Below are positions 63,386 to 64,000 of a DNA stretch of 64,000 nucleotides, piece after piece. A program made the translations under genes and the position numbers. This stretch comes from Rhodosorus marinus CCMP1338 (lineage: Eukaryota; Plantae; Rhodophyta), in the NCBI GenBank assembly GCA_029953675.1, contig JAMWBK010000009.1, forward strand, positions 1,364,001 through 1,428,000, in the 5' to 3' direction. The first letter of the stretch is position 1; every line of letters starts with the position of its first letter. Below the pieces are notes generated by a model. It made no database searches. It saw only the letters and a list, made by a program, of their open reading frames with translations, and was not told where the DNA came from.

Positions 63386-64000
63386 ATGGATGCGGAGTGT
63401 GATGGCTCTAGGGCTGACTTCGTCGCTGTGTTGCGACTACAGTTGATGGGGGGGGTGATGGGTCGTGATGATTTGAAACGGGGTGAGAGGAAGTCAACTT
63501 CGTTCTGGTCAAGTTTATGGACTGGGAAGGTGGACGTGAAGAGCATTGAGCAGATGCCGTTTGTTGATAGGCAGGAATGTCTGAAGGAGATTTGGCTGTC
63601 GGAGGTGCTTTCGGATTGGGAGAAAAGCTGGAAATCGGAGAGAGCGAGGGAGCTTTACTATGCTGGCGTTCCAGTCATGCTGAGGGGCAAGGTGTGGGGG
63701 ATGTCCATTGGTAACGATCTTCAGATTGACCCGTCAATGTATTCGGAGTTGGTTCAATTGGCGAGGGATAGAAGGGCCCAGTGCGATGAGGATGATATTT
63801 ATGCGGAGAAGAATCGGCTTTTGGCGAAAACTGTGGAACACCTTCATATCGACGTGCCGAGGACAATGCCGCACTTGGAAGTGCTTCAAGATGAACAGCC
63901 AGTGAAGATTTCTGAGAACGTGGGAAAGGTCCTAGAGGCGTTCCTCATGCTTCGGCCCGATATTGGCTACTCTCAAGGAATGCTGTTCCTTAGCTCAATG
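63386..64000 (+). CDS. TBC-domain Rab GTPase-activating protein (TBC1D12/14-like), partial, runs off the window
   Basis: Open frame from ATG 63386 to the window edge: W..EVLSDWE...AGVPVMLRGKVWGMSIGNDL...HIDVPRT (R finger)...RPDIGYSQGM (Q finger). Confidence 0.88.
   Translation, partial: MDAECDGSRADFVAVLRLQLMGGVMGRDDLKRGERKSTSFWSSLWTGKVDVKSIEQMPFVDRQECLKEIWLSEVLSDWEKSWKSERARELYYAGVPVMLRGKVWGMSIGNDLQIDPSMYSELVQLARDRRAQCDEDDIYAEKNRLLAKTVEHLHIDVPRTMPHLEVLQDEQPVKISENVGKVLEAFLMLRPDIGYSQGMLFLSSM

Overview
Gene-dense eukaryotic nuclear DNA with many short GT-AG introns (mostly about 50-130 nt, frequent CTAAC/CTGAC branch points). The organism is most likely a unicellular red alga. This is an inference from a nuclear, plastid-targeted sigma70 factor, a CpeZ-like phycobilin lyase/chaperone and AFV/GFV-type transit peptides. 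About 20 genes are recognisable: Hikeshi/OPI10, a CASTOR/POLLUX-family channel, Rpn13, SURF2, eIF3c, MAU2-like, a photolyase-like/alpha-beta-hydrolase fusion, a UbiA-like/flavin-monooxygenase fusion, organellar bL27, PABPN1, a plastid GNAT, BUB3, HIRA, organellar release factor 1, CpeZ-like, MIC10, a plastid sigma factor, cysteine synthase, an IRE/MAST-like AGC kinase and a partial TBC Rab-GAP. Several small orphan candidates are also present. I found no rRNA, tRNA, CRISPR array or transposase. The most unusual items are (1) an intronless 745-aa fusion of a catalytically degenerate MenA/UBIAD1-like membrane domain with an intact FAD monooxygenase, (2) a roughly 395-bp near-perfect inverted repeat spanning 40675-42293 with an 83-bp fold-back indel, (3) a 3 x 129-bp tandem repeat with an open 43-aa frame, and (4) a CASTOR/POLLUX-like channel with a non-canonical pore sequence. 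All exon boundaries were assigned by eye and are approximate.
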